A DNA stretch of 48,753 nt, from assembly GCA_002720275.1 (NCBI GenBank), contig PBHR01000034.1, positions 5,233-53,985 of the forward strand, written 5' to 3'. Below the pieces are notes generated by a model. The model was not told the origin of the DNA and made no database searches. It worked only from the letters and a program-made list of their open reading frames with translations. Below, piece after piece: positions 26,202 to 37,400 of this stretch. Made by a program: the position numbers and the translations under genes. How positions within the stretch are numbered: the stretch's first letter is position 1; every line of letters starts with the position of its first letter. This stretch comes from Methanobacteriota archaeon. Lineage in GTDB: Archaea; Thermoplasmatota; Poseidoniia; Poseidoniales; Poseidoniaceae.

Positions 26202-27755
26202 ATGGCACCTAATGACAACAAACTTTCTGATTTGCGTGCTAGAAAGGCCAAAGCAGAGGCAGGGGGAGGCGCTGCAAGAATTGAAGCACAACATAAAAGA
26301 GGGAAATTGACTGCAAGGGAAAGACTCGAATTATTAGTAGATGAAGGGACATTTCATGAAATTGATTCATTGGTAGAACACCGATGTAGAGATTTCGACA
26401 TGGATAAAAACGTAATTCCAGGTGATGGAGTAGTAACTGGGCATGGAAAAATAGGAGGGAAACCGATTTATTGTTTTGCCCAAGATTTTACTGTATATGG
26501 TGGTTCTCTAGGAGAAATGCATGGATTAAAGATTTGTAAGGTTCTAGACATGGCATTGAAAACTGGAGTTCCCGTAATTGGATTAAACGACAGTGGTGGT
26601 GCTAGAATTCAAGAAGGTGTAGCAAGCCTTGGAAGTTATGCTGAAATTTTCTTTAGAAATGTAAGAGCTAGTGGAGTAATCCCCCAAATTAGTTTGATAA
26701 TGGGTCCTTGTGCCGGGGGTGCGGTTTACTCTCCAGCAATTACAGATTTTGTTGTAATGGTTGATAAATCAGCACACATGTTCATCACAGGCCCTGAAGT
26801 CATCAAAACAGTCACAAATGAAATCGTTAGTTTCGAAGATTTGGGGGGTGCCACCACCCATAACAGTAAATCCGGTGTTTCACATTTCATAGCAGAAAAT
26901 GACGAAGATGCAATTGAAATTGCCAGAGAATTAATCTCTATTTTACCTGCTAATAATCTTCAAAAAGCGCCATCAAAAAAGAATAATGATGATCCAAACC
27001 GCCTTTGCGAAGATTTAATTGATTTAGTTCCAGAAGATCCAAGTCAACCATATGATGTAAAGAATGTCATTTCATCAATTGTAGATGATGGAGCATTTTT
27101 AGAAATTCAATCAGAATGGGCGAAAAATATTGTTATTGGCTATTCACACTTAAATGGAAATTTAATTGGTGTTATTGCCAATCAACCATTACATTTAGCA
27201 GGCTGCTTAGATATTGATGCTTCAAATAAAGCAGCTAGATTTGTTAGATTTTGTGATGCATTTAATATTCCTTTACTCACACTAGAAGATGTTCCTGGAT
27301 TCTTACCTGGAGCATCACAAGAGTGGGGTGGAATTATTAGACACGGTGCAAAATTATTATTCGCTTTTTCAGAAGCCACTGTTCCTAAATTGACTGTAAT
27401 TATGAGGAAAGCATATGGTGGAGCATATGATGTAATGTGTTCTAAACACATCAGAGGAGACTATAACATCGCATGGCCAAGTGCAGAATTAGCAGTAATG
27501 GGTGCAGATGGGGCTGTACAAATAATTCACAAAAAAAGAATTAATTCTGCTAGAAATTCTGAAGAAGAAAGGGCAAGGCTAATTGATGAATACAAAGAAA
27601 CGTTTGCAAATCCATACAGGGCCGCCGCATTAGGATATATTGATGACGTCATTAATCCAAATGAAACAAGAAAAAAACTATGTTTAGCACTAAATATGCT
27701 CATGGATAAGCAAGAAAATAGGCCTGAAAGAAAACATGGAAATATCCCGTTGTGA
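26202..27755 (+). CDS. pccB: propionyl-CoA carboxylase beta subunit / methylmalonyl-CoA carboxyltransferase
   Basis: Matches the carboxyltransferase family throughout ([58 protein letters not shown]). I prefer the start at MAPNDNK (26202) over the ORF-track Met at 26169. Confidence 0.9.
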   Translation: MAPNDNKLSDLRARKAKAEAGGGAARIEAQHKRGKLTARERLELLVDEGTFHEIDSLVEHRCRDFDMDKNVIPGDGVVTGHGKIGGKPIYCFAQDFTVYGGSLGEMHGLKICKVLDMALKTGVPVIGLNDSGGARIQEGVASLGSYAEIFFRNVRASGVIPQISLIMGPCAGGAVYSPAITDFVVMVDKSAHMFITGPEVIKTVTNEIVSFEDLGGATTHNSKSGVSHFIAENDEDAIEIARELISILPANNLQKAPSKKNNDDPNRLCEDLIDLVPEDPSQPYDVKNVISSIVDDGAFLEIQSEWAKNIVIGYSHLNGNLIGVIANQPLHLAGCLDIDASNKAARFVRFCDAFNIPLLTLEDVPGFLPGASQEWGGIIRHGAKLLFAFSEATVPKLTVIMRKAYGGAYDVMCSKHIRGDYNIAWPSAELAVMGADGAVQIIHKKRINSARNSEEERARLIDEYKETFANPYRAAALGYIDDVINPNETRKKLCLALNMLMDKQENRPERKHGNIPL

Positions 27756-27764
27756 GTTGTTAAT

Positions 27765-27950
27765 ATGGCTGAAATAGAAAGAGAAAAAATTGCTGCAATA
27801 ACAGCACTTTTATTACATATCAATAAAGGGAATGATAATTTTAATCAAGGAAGAAAAAATCAAAAAGTTTGGGCTTTTGAGCATAGAAGGAAAATAATGG
27901 GACTAAGGGGAGTAAGAGAAATGAATAGTTCCCGCACCACTTGGAGGTGA
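27765..27950 (+). CDS. small protein, possibly an acyl-CoA carboxylase epsilon-like subunit
   Basis: 61 aa between pccB and the biotin carrier. The N-terminal EREKIAAITALLL resembles the EELAALxAxL motif of AccE/PccE proteins. This is a weak, memory-based call. Confidence 0.35.
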   Translation: MAEIEREKIAAITALLLHINKGNDNFNQGRKNQKVWAFEHRRKIMGLRGVREMNSSRTTWR

Positions 27951-27990
27951 ATTTATTTCAGAAGAATATGAAATTGAAGTTGATGGTGAA

Positions 27991-28356
27991 TTGTTTAATG
28001 TAACAATTGATTCGGAAGAGGATTATTACAATGTCATAGTTAATGAGAAATCATTCAAAATAAAACTACCAGAAGGGCAAGCCAGTAATGCACCAAGAAA
28101 AAGATCTCCAAGAGGTGGTAAAAAAAGTGGTGTGATTTCTTCATCAATTCCTGGTAAAGTAGTTACAATAGAAGTTGAAATAGGCTCAAAAGTTGAAGAA
28201 GGGCAAGTTTGTATGATTCTTGAAGCAATGAAAATGCAAAATGAAATTAACGCCCCAATCAATGGCACTGTAAGTGAAATAAATTGTTCCCCAGGTTCTT
28301 CTGTAGAAGCAAATATACCCTTAATTGTGATAAAGCCTGATGAAGACGAGGAATAA
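27991..28356 (+). CDS. biotin carboxyl carrier protein (biotinyl domain)
   Basis: Carries the EAMKMQNEI biotinylation motif. The TTG start comes from the ORF track, but the in-frame upstream residues EEYEIEVDGE also look protein-like, so the true start may be upstream (see finding). Confidence 0.85.
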   Translation: MFNVTIDSEEDYYNVIVNEKSFKIKLPEGQASNAPRKRSPRGGKKSGVISSSIPGKVVTIEVEIGSKVEEGQVCMILEAMKMQNEINAPINGTVSEINCSPGSSVEANIPLIVIKPDEDEE

Positions 28357-28633
28357 TACAAGGTTTCTTATCTTACCCTGTTATCCTGTATCTGTGTCCG
28401 GAGAACCCTGTTGTGATGTTACTGGATGCGACGATAATGGAGACGTAGTTAGTAGACTTTCTCCAGAAGGATATTTAGTTGCCACAGGGAAAAAAGCATA
28501 TTCATTTAGAGAAGCATACAGACAATTTAGGTACTGCAAAAAATGCCATGATTATCTCATGAGTAGTGTATGGAATCGAATTAATTCTTCCGATGATAAA
28601 TCTGGAGATCATGTTGCTCCTACAGCAATCTAA
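28340..28633 (+). CDS. Cys-rich hypothetical protein
   Basis: 97-aa ORF with the CC..GC and CKKCH cysteine clusters. No homology recognised and the start is uncertain. Confidence 0.25.
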   Translation: MKTRNNTRFLILPCYPVSVSGEPCCDVTGCDDNGDVVSRLSPEGYLVATGKKAYSFREAYRQFRYCKKCHDYLMSSVWNRINSSDDKSGDHVAPTAI

Positions 28634-28698
28634 GTTAAGCAGAGTTGTTTTTCTTGGAAATTAAAAATTATAAAAAAAGACATAGTGTTTCATATTCA

Positions 28699-29166
28699 AT
28701 GGATTATGAAATAAGTATTGAAAAAATGTGGGAATTGATTAGTACTCCTGGACATCTTAATTATTGCCATCCTTTTTGTAAGTCAAATGAAATCATTAAT
28801 TGGAAACAAAGTAATTACCGAGATGAATTAATCTACCTAAATGGTCTTAAATACATTAGAAATTTTATTAATTGGGATCCAAATAAAGGATATGATTTGT
28901 TAATTGGTAAAAATGGTGGCCCTCAATCATATGTTGTTTGGGAACTTACAAAACATTCAGAACTAAAATGCAGTTTAAAGATTACAGTTTTCCCATACCT
29001 TTTTACAAAAGGAGGCCGTATTCTGTCCTATATACCCTTCTTTGTATATGTTAAACCTAGGCTTAAAAAATATCTATATACAGTATTATCTGGATTTAAT
29101 TATTATATTAAACATGAAAAAGACGTTCCACGGAATCACTTTGGCAAACACCCATGGTTCTCATGA
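28699..29166 (+). CDS. hypothetical protein, possibly SRPBCC/START-like
   Basis: I prefer the ATG at 28699 (MDYEISIEKMWELISTPGHL) to the TTG at 28645. The fold assignment is only an impression. Confidence 0.4.
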   Translation: MDYEISIEKMWELISTPGHLNYCHPFCKSNEIINWKQSNYRDELIYLNGLKYIRNFINWDPNKGYDLLIGKNGGPQSYVVWELTKHSELKCSLKITVFPYLFTKGGRILSYIPFFVYVKPRLKKYLYTVLSGFNYYIKHEKDVPRNHFGKHPWFS

Positions 29167-29207
29167 ATCTCTTAAATTCATCAATTAATTGGCAAAAAGA
29201 ACGCTAA

Positions 29208-30626
<1,419 letters not shown>

Positions 30627-31082
30627 TTAAAGTCCCCTAGATAAAAAGCGATCTAATCTATTCATTAAATTCTCATTTTCATCTAAATCCGAAATCCTTG
30701 AACGGATAGACTGTTCTATCATTGAATGCTGATTAGGTTGTATAGCCATTAGTTCTCTTAATATGTCAAGTAAGGCCCATTCATCTTCAGTAATCACTTC
30801 ATCGTCTAATGCACCAATTAATGCTGATTGATATGCACTTGCTTCACCAACTCCTGGTGTTTCAACAACATCAAAATCAAATGAATAATTATCATTTCCT
30901 TCCTTCAATGAATTTATTATCTCATTTTGTATATTTTCATCAAGATCTAATGATTTTCCAAGTATTGACAAGATTTGTGATTCGTCACCAGTTATTATTT
31001 CATCATCTAATGCAGTTTCTACAGTCATATAATACAGATATTTCGAACGTTCGAGATTAAACACCATATCCTTTCGTCGCAT
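30627..31082 (-). CDS. acidic protein with two tandem TerB-like repeats
   Basis: Contains an internal duplication: ALDDEIITGDESQILSILGKSLDL and ALDDEVITEDEWALLDILRELMAI. Confidence 0.5.
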   Translation of the reverse strand: MRRKDMVFNLERSKYLYYMTVETALDDEIITGDESQILSILGKSLDLDENIQNEIINSLKEGNDNYSFDFDVVETPGVGEASAYQSALIGALDDEVITEDEWALLDILRELMAIQPNQHSMIEQSIRSRISDLDENENLMNRLDRFLSRGL

Positions 31083-31278
31083 ACTAAACTTATTATTCAG
31101 TCGATTAAAACGCCAAAAAAAATGTGATTGTGGAAGAAATTAAGCATTACCAAAATAAGCCAATAAGTTTATTTGTATTACAAATAGTCAATTAATTATG
31201 CGAAGAAGAATGAAAATGCTAAAAATCAGGGTTTTTTTTGTTTTTGTATTTCAAATGTAATACTATACGTAATACATC

Positions 31279-31304
31279 TATATATACTGCCTCTGACGTC
31301 AGAG
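31279..31304 (+). promoter_or_regulatory. TATA-like box (TATATATA, 31279-31286) followed by a perfect 14-nt palindrome CTCTGACGTCAGAG (31291-31304)
   Basis: Read directly from the sequence. The palindrome lies between the TATA-like element and the ATG at 31322 of the RHH gene, which is the position expected for an autoregulatory operator. Confidence 0.35.
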
Positions 31305-31321
31305 TGTTAGAGGACAGGGTT

Positions 31322-31696
31322 ATGAGCGGGAATAGTAACGTAATTACACTGAGATTATCCGATGACGAATTAGCAGCAATAGACCAAAGAATTGGTCTAG
31401 ATGGTGTAAAAAACAGAAGTGATCTACTCCGTAGAGCTTTAGGAACCTACTTAGCAGATTCCCCAGAATTACCCGGTCAATCAAAAGTAAGTATCGTATT
31501 AGGTGCCGAAGTTAGAAAACAATTAAAATTACTTTATCAAATTACCGGAAATGAAGCAGATTCAATAATTAAAATTGCACTCCACGATTATCTAAACAGA
31601 TCTGTCGAGCAAATAGATAATCTTACGGCAAAATTGGAAGAGAGAGCACAGAATGCTGTCGATGAAGTCAGTAAACACCGTTCATACAAAAGTTGA
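31322..31696 (+). CDS. ribbon-helix-helix (CopG/Arc/MetJ-type) DNA-binding protein
   Basis: I start it at MSGNSNVITLRLSDDELAAIDQRIG, a beta-strand followed by a helix as in RHH N-termini. The ORF-track start at 31238 would run through the promoter-like AT-rich region. Confidence 0.6.
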   Translation: MSGNSNVITLRLSDDELAAIDQRIGLDGVKNRSDLLRRALGTYLADSPELPGQSKVSIVLGAEVRKQLKLLYQITGNEADSIIKIALHDYLNRSVEQIDNLTAKLEERAQNAVDEVSKHRSYKS

Positions 31697-31711
31697 ATAG
31701 GAGGAAGCCAA

Positions 31712-31903
31712 ATGGGAGATGGGATGCACAAAAGAGGGTTGGGGGAGAATGATTCTCCCCCTTCTCCTCAAGGGCGGAACTTCTCATGGCTTCTAAATCG
31801 TTCAATCGTAGCTAGGAAAAATTCAGATTCAAACCCCCCACCACCCCCCGCTCCCCCCAGCGGGGGTGGTGGCTCTAGAGGAGGACCTCCTGCAGCCAGT
31901 TGA
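31712..31903 (+). CDS. questionable 63-aa Pro/Gly-rich ORF (may instead be structured non-coding DNA/RNA)
   Basis: A good SD (AGGAGGA) lies 7 nt upstream of the ATG. However, the PPPPPAPPSGGGG stretch is simply the translation of a GC-rich palindrome. Confidence 0.25.
   Translation: MGDGMHKRGLGENDSPPSPQGRNFSWLLNRSIVARKNSDSNPPPPPAPPSGGGGSRGGPPAAS
31741..31761. repeat. perfect palindrome GGGGGAGAAT-G-ATTCTCCCCC
   Basis: Read directly from the sequence. Confidence 0.85.
31838..31872. repeat. GC-rich inverted repeat CCACCACCCCCCGCT / AGCGGGGGTGGTGG (14 bp, one bulged C) around a C6 loop
   Basis: Read directly from the sequence. Confidence 0.85.
31879..31891. repeat. palindrome AGGAGG-A-CCTCCT
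   Basis: Read directly from the sequence. Confidence 0.8.
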
Positions 31904-31964
31904 ACAATGAATTACACTCATTTTACCAAGAAACCTTTTGGTCAATCGACAATGACAACCGCTT

Positions 31965-33908
31965 GTGCCAGAGCAGAATAATATTGAGCAAACTCCATTT
32001 TTTGCGCATGAAACCCTTAGAGAGGGTCAAAAAGAAATGCTTGAAGATTCTATCAAGGCTCTAAGAAATAAGGGGCATCACCTTGCAGCAGCACCCACAG
32101 GAATTGGGAAAACAGCAGCAGCATTAGCAGCTGCATTAGAAGTTCTATCTAATTCAATAAATAAAAAAATATTTTTCCTAACGGGTAGACAATCACAACA
32201 TAAAATTGTTGTTGAGACAATTAAAGACATAAATAATACACTTGATTTTCAAAATATAAAATGCGTTGATATAATAGGGAGACAATCAATGTGTGTTGAA
32301 TTAGATTTATTTTCAGGAAAGTGCAACTGTGAACAAGGATTACCAGGAGGAATTAAACAAATTGCCTACGAAGACCTCAAAGAAATGATTCTTGATACAC
32401 CTTTACATGTTGATCAGGTAATTAAAAAATCTAGAGACCGATTTCTTTGTCCATGGAAGGTATTAAGAAATTCGGCAAAAGATGCAGATATAATTGTTTG
32501 TGATTACAATCATTTATTCATAGACATCATAAGAGAGAATTCACTTCCGGGTTTAGGTGTTGCTTTAGAAGACATAATAATCATAGTTGATGAAGCACAC
32601 AACTTACCAAATCGAATAAGAAAGGGACTTGAACGTAGATTAACAAAAAGAATTTTGAGAGGTGGTCGTTATGAAATTGAAGAGTTTATGGGAGACATTC
32701 AAACAAAACGTGAAGAGGAAAACTGGAAATGGTTAATGAGCTCTTATAAAAAATTTGAAAAAAACATAAGTGATTATTTTAACAAATGGAGTATGAAAAT
32801 AGATAATAACAAAAATGAAACTAGGGTCTTTTCTACTGAATTGTTAAATGTGTTTTTAGAAAGTATGATTCCAAATGAATTTAATAATTCTGCAGAATCT
32901 GCACTTTCAAGATTTTCAGCAATGCTAAAAGAAGTTACTGTTGAACCGGGTGATTCTGCAAATGATAAGGAACTTGATTGTTGGAGAATTTCTGCATTAG
33001 TAGATATACTCCTGAGATTTGGAAATAAAAAAGAATTAGTTCTAGTTTTCAATAATGAACGAGATGGTAGGCTATCGTGCCATTTACTTGACCCCAGTAT
33101 AATTTCTAAACCGATTTTCTCTGAATCTTCTGGATCAATCCTGATGTCTGGAACATTGTATCCTCCAAAAATGTATTCGGATATCTTGGGGCTAACAAAT
33201 CTCAAAAATGTGACATATGAAGAATATATTTCACCCTTCGAAAACCACAACAAACCAATCTCAATTGCAACAAATGTTACAACAAGGTATAAACAAAGAG
33301 GAACAGAAAACACACGAAAAATATGTGAACATATCTATTCTGTTGCAAAAGAAGCACCAGGACATATAGCCATTTTTGCTCCAAGTTACAAACTACTAGA
33401 CGAATTTATAGACAACGAGGGATGGCCCAACAGGTTAGTGATTAAAGAAAAAAGTGAATGGGGAAAATCTGAGATTGATCAAATAATACCAGACTTAGAA
33501 AAATATCGTAAAAATAAACAAAAAATATTGCTTGCAGGTGTGTTTGGTGGAAAACTTTCAGAAGGCATTGATTATAACAACAATATTCTTGATGCTGTAG
33601 TATGTATTGGCATCCCAGTTGCACCACCAAGCGTATTTTCTGATGCACTTAAAGACTTTTTAGAGGCAAAGTTTGGAAGAAATAAGGGTTGGCTATATGG
33701 TTCGTTGCAACCAGCAATTAATTCTGTCATTCAAGCAATGGGGAGGCCTATCAGATCAAGTACTGATAGAGCATTTATTGCATTATTAGATAGTAGACAC
33801 TTAGATCATAATTATAGGAAATGTCACCCCGAGAATTTTAGTCCATTAATTTGTAATGATAGTGAAACCACCAGAAGATATATTGCAAGGTTTTTTTCAA
33901 AAAAATAG
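31965..33908 (+). CDS. xpd: XPD/Rad3-family (DinG-like) Fe-S DNA helicase
   Basis: Carries AAPTGIGKTAAAL (motif I), VDEAHNL (DEAH box), four Cys between motifs I and II (CVELDLFSGKCNC ... CPW) and QAMGRPIRSSTDRAFIALLDSR (motif VI). It has a GTG start. Confidence 0.85.
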   Translation: MPEQNNIEQTPFFAHETLREGQKEMLEDSIKALRNKGHHLAAAPTGIGKTAAALAAALEVLSNSINKKIFFLTGRQSQHKIVVETIKDINNTLDFQNIKCVDIIGRQSMCVELDLFSGKCNCEQGLPGGIKQIAYEDLKEMILDTPLHVDQVIKKSRDRFLCPWKVLRNSAKDADIIVCDYNHLFIDIIRENSLPGLGVALEDIIIIVDEAHNLPNRIRKGLERRLTKRILRGGRYEIEEFMGDIQTKREEENWKWLMSSYKKFEKNISDYFNKWSMKIDNNKNETRVFSTELLNVFLESMIPNEFNNSAESALSRFSAMLKEVTVEPGDSANDKELDCWRISALVDILLRFGNKKELVLVFNNERDGRLSCHLLDPSIISKPIFSESSGSILMSGTLYPPKMYSDILGLTNLKNVTYEEYISPFENHNKPISIATNVTTRYKQRGTENTRKICEHIYSVAKEAPGHIAIFAPSYKLLDEFIDNEGWPNRLVIKEKSEWGKSEIDQIIPDLEKYRKNKQKILLAGVFGGKLSEGIDYNNNILDAVVCIGIPVAPPSVFSDALKDFLEAKFGRNKGWLYGSLQPAINSVIQAMGRPIRSSTDRAFIALLDSRHLDHNYRKCHPENFSPLICNDSETTRRYIARFFSKK

Positions 33909-33918
33909 AGAAGTTGAA

Positions 33919-34416
33919 ATGAGGCCATCGAGAGGGGTAAGCATGGGGATAGAATGGGAGCCACTAATTGCTGAATCAGAAGACAGTAGTGAAAATGACA
34001 TCTTAACACCCAATCTGCATAGTTTATCTGTATCTCCAGAAGAACTACACAGTGCATTTTTTGATCAAGCACAACATTTGACAGATGCAATTGTAAATCA
34101 AAACATAGTTATAGATATTTCAGGAGAAATTCCTGAAAAAGCAAATGAAAATCAAAGAATGATATCTATTGAATCAATTGCAAATGAATTCAACGGCGCT
34201 CTTAACGAAACTACATTACAAATACCATTCAAAGGTATTTCAGAAGAAAACATCAATATCGAATATTCAAATATTGATTCAAATTGGGCAATAAAACTTT
34301 CAATAAGTTCTTCTGATTTAAATCAAAATGAGATTGTGCGTACTTTTTTACTGCCGAAAACGGCTGATGAGCCGACTGCAAATTGGTCATCCAATAACTT
34401 AAGTATTAAATTCTAA
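33919..34416 (+). CDS. acidic protein with an Hsp20/alpha-crystallin-like C-terminal half
   Basis: I prefer the ATG at 33919. LQIPFKGISEENINIEY and RTFLLPKTADEPTANWSSNNLSIKF resemble the ACD patterns xDlPGxxxedIxV and RxfxLPxxvdxxxixAxxxnGvLxI. Confidence 0.4.
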   Translation: MRPSRGVSMGIEWEPLIAESEDSSENDILTPNLHSLSVSPEELHSAFFDQAQHLTDAIVNQNIVIDISGEIPEKANENQRMISIESIANEFNGALNETTLQIPFKGISEENINIEYSNIDSNWAIKLSISSSDLNQNEIVRTFLLPKTADEPTANWSSNNLSIKF

Positions 34417-37400
34417 GCTTCCACTTCTGGAACTGGATCTTCTCTACCACCCTTTCCAACATTCATTCTCACTAATTCACTTTGAACTCCCTCTAAAGCA
34501 GATTGCGCTCTTAATGAATCTTGAGTATTCAATTCATGTCTTGAATATCTTGCTTCTTCAAACACATTGTCTAACTCTATCAGTGAATCTTCTCTTATTG
34601 GAAGTGCACTCCTTAATGCCATTTCGAATTCTCTTACAGTTTCAAAATCTCTTCTCAAATATCCGTGCTTTGTTAACACTCTACAAAGATCTTCGTAGCA
34701 ATGGAAAATTGATTCTCTGATTTCATCTCCATGTGCCAACAATTCTGCCGTATAACTAAATATACTCGCAATTTCATCTAATACATCTTGTCTTCTCTTT
34801 CTATACCAGAATATTCCAACTCCTGCTAATACAATCAAAGCCAATAAAGATGCCCACACAAAGGTAGATGATTCCCCTTCAGTGTCAATTGACTGGTATA
34901 CTAAGGCTTCTGGAACTTTAGCCTGCAATGTAACTAATGATTTATTAGAAATTCTAGCGTCATCAGAAGATATCTCGATATTTACAGAACCAAAAGAGGT
35001 TGAATCAGAATAAGGAGGAGTGTTTTCCAATGTGATTTCAGCAACTCCAAATTCATCAGTGATTAACGTCCTAGTAATTAGCTGCCCTGATTCGTTAGAT
35101 AGTGTCAAAATCACACTTATTCCTTCTAGTGGTTGCCCAGTATCATCGGCAATTACAGAAATATTACCATAAACATCATCCCTTTCACCCAAAATAATTG
35201 GTTCTAAAGTAGGTGTGAATGTAGCATCAACCTTTAACATCATAGAGTAATTCGTAGATTTAGACAATAAATATTCATCATCAGATCCAGGGAACTCAAC
35301 TACAAGAATAATATTTCCAGGAGTTAAAGTCGTAGGTGCTTTTGCGCTAATGTAAAACAATTGCGTTCCGATAACTGTCCAATTTAATTGGCTTGAAATT
35401 AATGTTCCATCAGAAGTCAAAAGTGAAATTGATAAATTTGAAAATTTCAAATTGTTTCCACCAATCTCAGAGATTTCTCCATAAATCTCAATTGGGAATT
35501 CATCAGAATCTCTAACACTAAATTCAGATGATAAATCAGTAAATATCACCTCTACTTCTGACCAAGCATCTACATCTGATTCTTGAGAACTACCTACATG
35601 AGTAATTGTTCCATCAAATTCAATTAAAATTGTATGTTCTCCTCTTTCTAAAGACATCTCCACAGGTAATGAATAAGTCCAAGTTCCATCTGAACTTGTT
35701 AATATTATAGTGTCTTGTAAAATACCATTCAAATAAACATGTAGTGTTTCATTAGCCAATCCGATATTTGACAAATCATCAGCATCATATAATATGCCCG
35801 AAATATTCCAAGAATCACCTCTTACAACAGAAGTTTCTTCTAAACTAAACTCTAAAGCACTTCTATGAGCAACGAATAATGGTGTTTCCGCATAACTCTC
35901 TCGATAATAACCCTGATCAGGCGCCCTAACACCAACTGTATGCTCTCCCCAATTTGTACCTATTGGAATTGTCCAAACAAAAGACCAGGTGCCCTCAATA
36001 CTACTATTGAGAATTCCTATTTCAACACCATCAACAATTATTCTTAATTGATGTGCATCTAGTGGACTACCAAGATTATCTGATATTGTACCAGAGATTG
36101 TCACATCATCTCCCAAAGTTTGAGGTGATAATTCATTAATAGTTACTGAAGTTATACTATATACATACCATTTTGATACGGTTTCTGAACTTAAATTATA
36201 GTCATCACCATCAAATCTTAACGTAATATCTAATTCTCCTAATGCTTGATTTTCAGGAACTCTTAATGAGATTGTAAATAACCCATATTCATTAGTTGTA
36301 ACGAAATAATCCGCTGAGCCATCATTTTCTCCAACAAAGACTTGAATTGTACGTCCAGGTAAAACCCTATTTTGGATATCGACCAATGAACCATTAATGA
36401 TTAAGTCTGAATCCCTATCAACTTGACTTCCTTGTGGTGTAATTACTACCACTTCAGTTGGAACATAAACCTCAAATTCTTGATCTGGAACTGGATGTGT
36501 TGAATTCCAATAAAATTCGGGATTTTCAGAATCTCCACTAGCATAAGGAGCAACCCATAGGAATCCACCACTAAATTCAACCCTCATATTATGAATTCCT
36601 GCACTCATCCATTCGGGTAATTCATATTCAATAGAATAAAAACCAGTATTTCCATCACTTATTGCTGTAGCCATAGGTAAATCATCAACATATAATCTTA
36701 CCAAACCACCAGAAGGAAGGCCATCATCACCTAAAAGTGGATTTCCAGCATCATCAAGCAAAGTACCATTTACCCAAATATAATCGCCAACAACCATACT
36801 ACCTTCTACTGAATCTAAACTCAAATCCGTATGGGCTAATACTACGAAATCAACAGAGGTATTTCCTCCAATAATCCCCACACTTCCAAAGGTAGCAACA
36901 TTTCCAATCCATGTAGCATGTAATGTAAATATTCCTGGATCTACATCTTGAGGTATATTGATTGTAACTTCACCTAAACCTGAAGCATTGGTGATTAAAG
37001 TACCAGTTTCTAATGTAGTCAATAATTCTACATCAACCATTGCATTAGGTATTGGTTGTCCTGCATTATCAAAGACTCTCACAACAACATCAATACTACC
37101 ACCCCTATCTTGAGAATCACTGTTTTTCAAATTTCCAGGTTCAAGGAAATCAAGTACAGAATACCCTTGAATATCTATCGTATCAAATACAGAACTGTTA
37201 ATGTAAAATGGCACTTGAGGATTATATGCTGCTCTAATCTCATGTGTGCCTGCTGAAGTTGTTGGTTCAACATAAACTGTAGCATACCAAGTGCCATTAG
37301 GATTTATTTGGCCATCCAAATATTGAACTGATTGACCATCCATAGTAATCTGTATTTGTGCGATTAAAGGCACTCCATTCCTATTCATCAAGGTTGTACC

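Noticed and set aside
26063-26251. 62-aa minus-strand ORF spanning the divergent promoter between the mutase small subunit and pccB
   Set aside because: It overlaps the start of both well-supported genes, and no features support it.
31198-31248. 16-aa ORF (MRRRMKMLKIRVFFVFVFQM) in the long AT-rich spacer upstream of the RHH gene
   Set aside because: It is too short, has no SD, and lies in promoter-like AT-rich DNA. There is no basis to call it.
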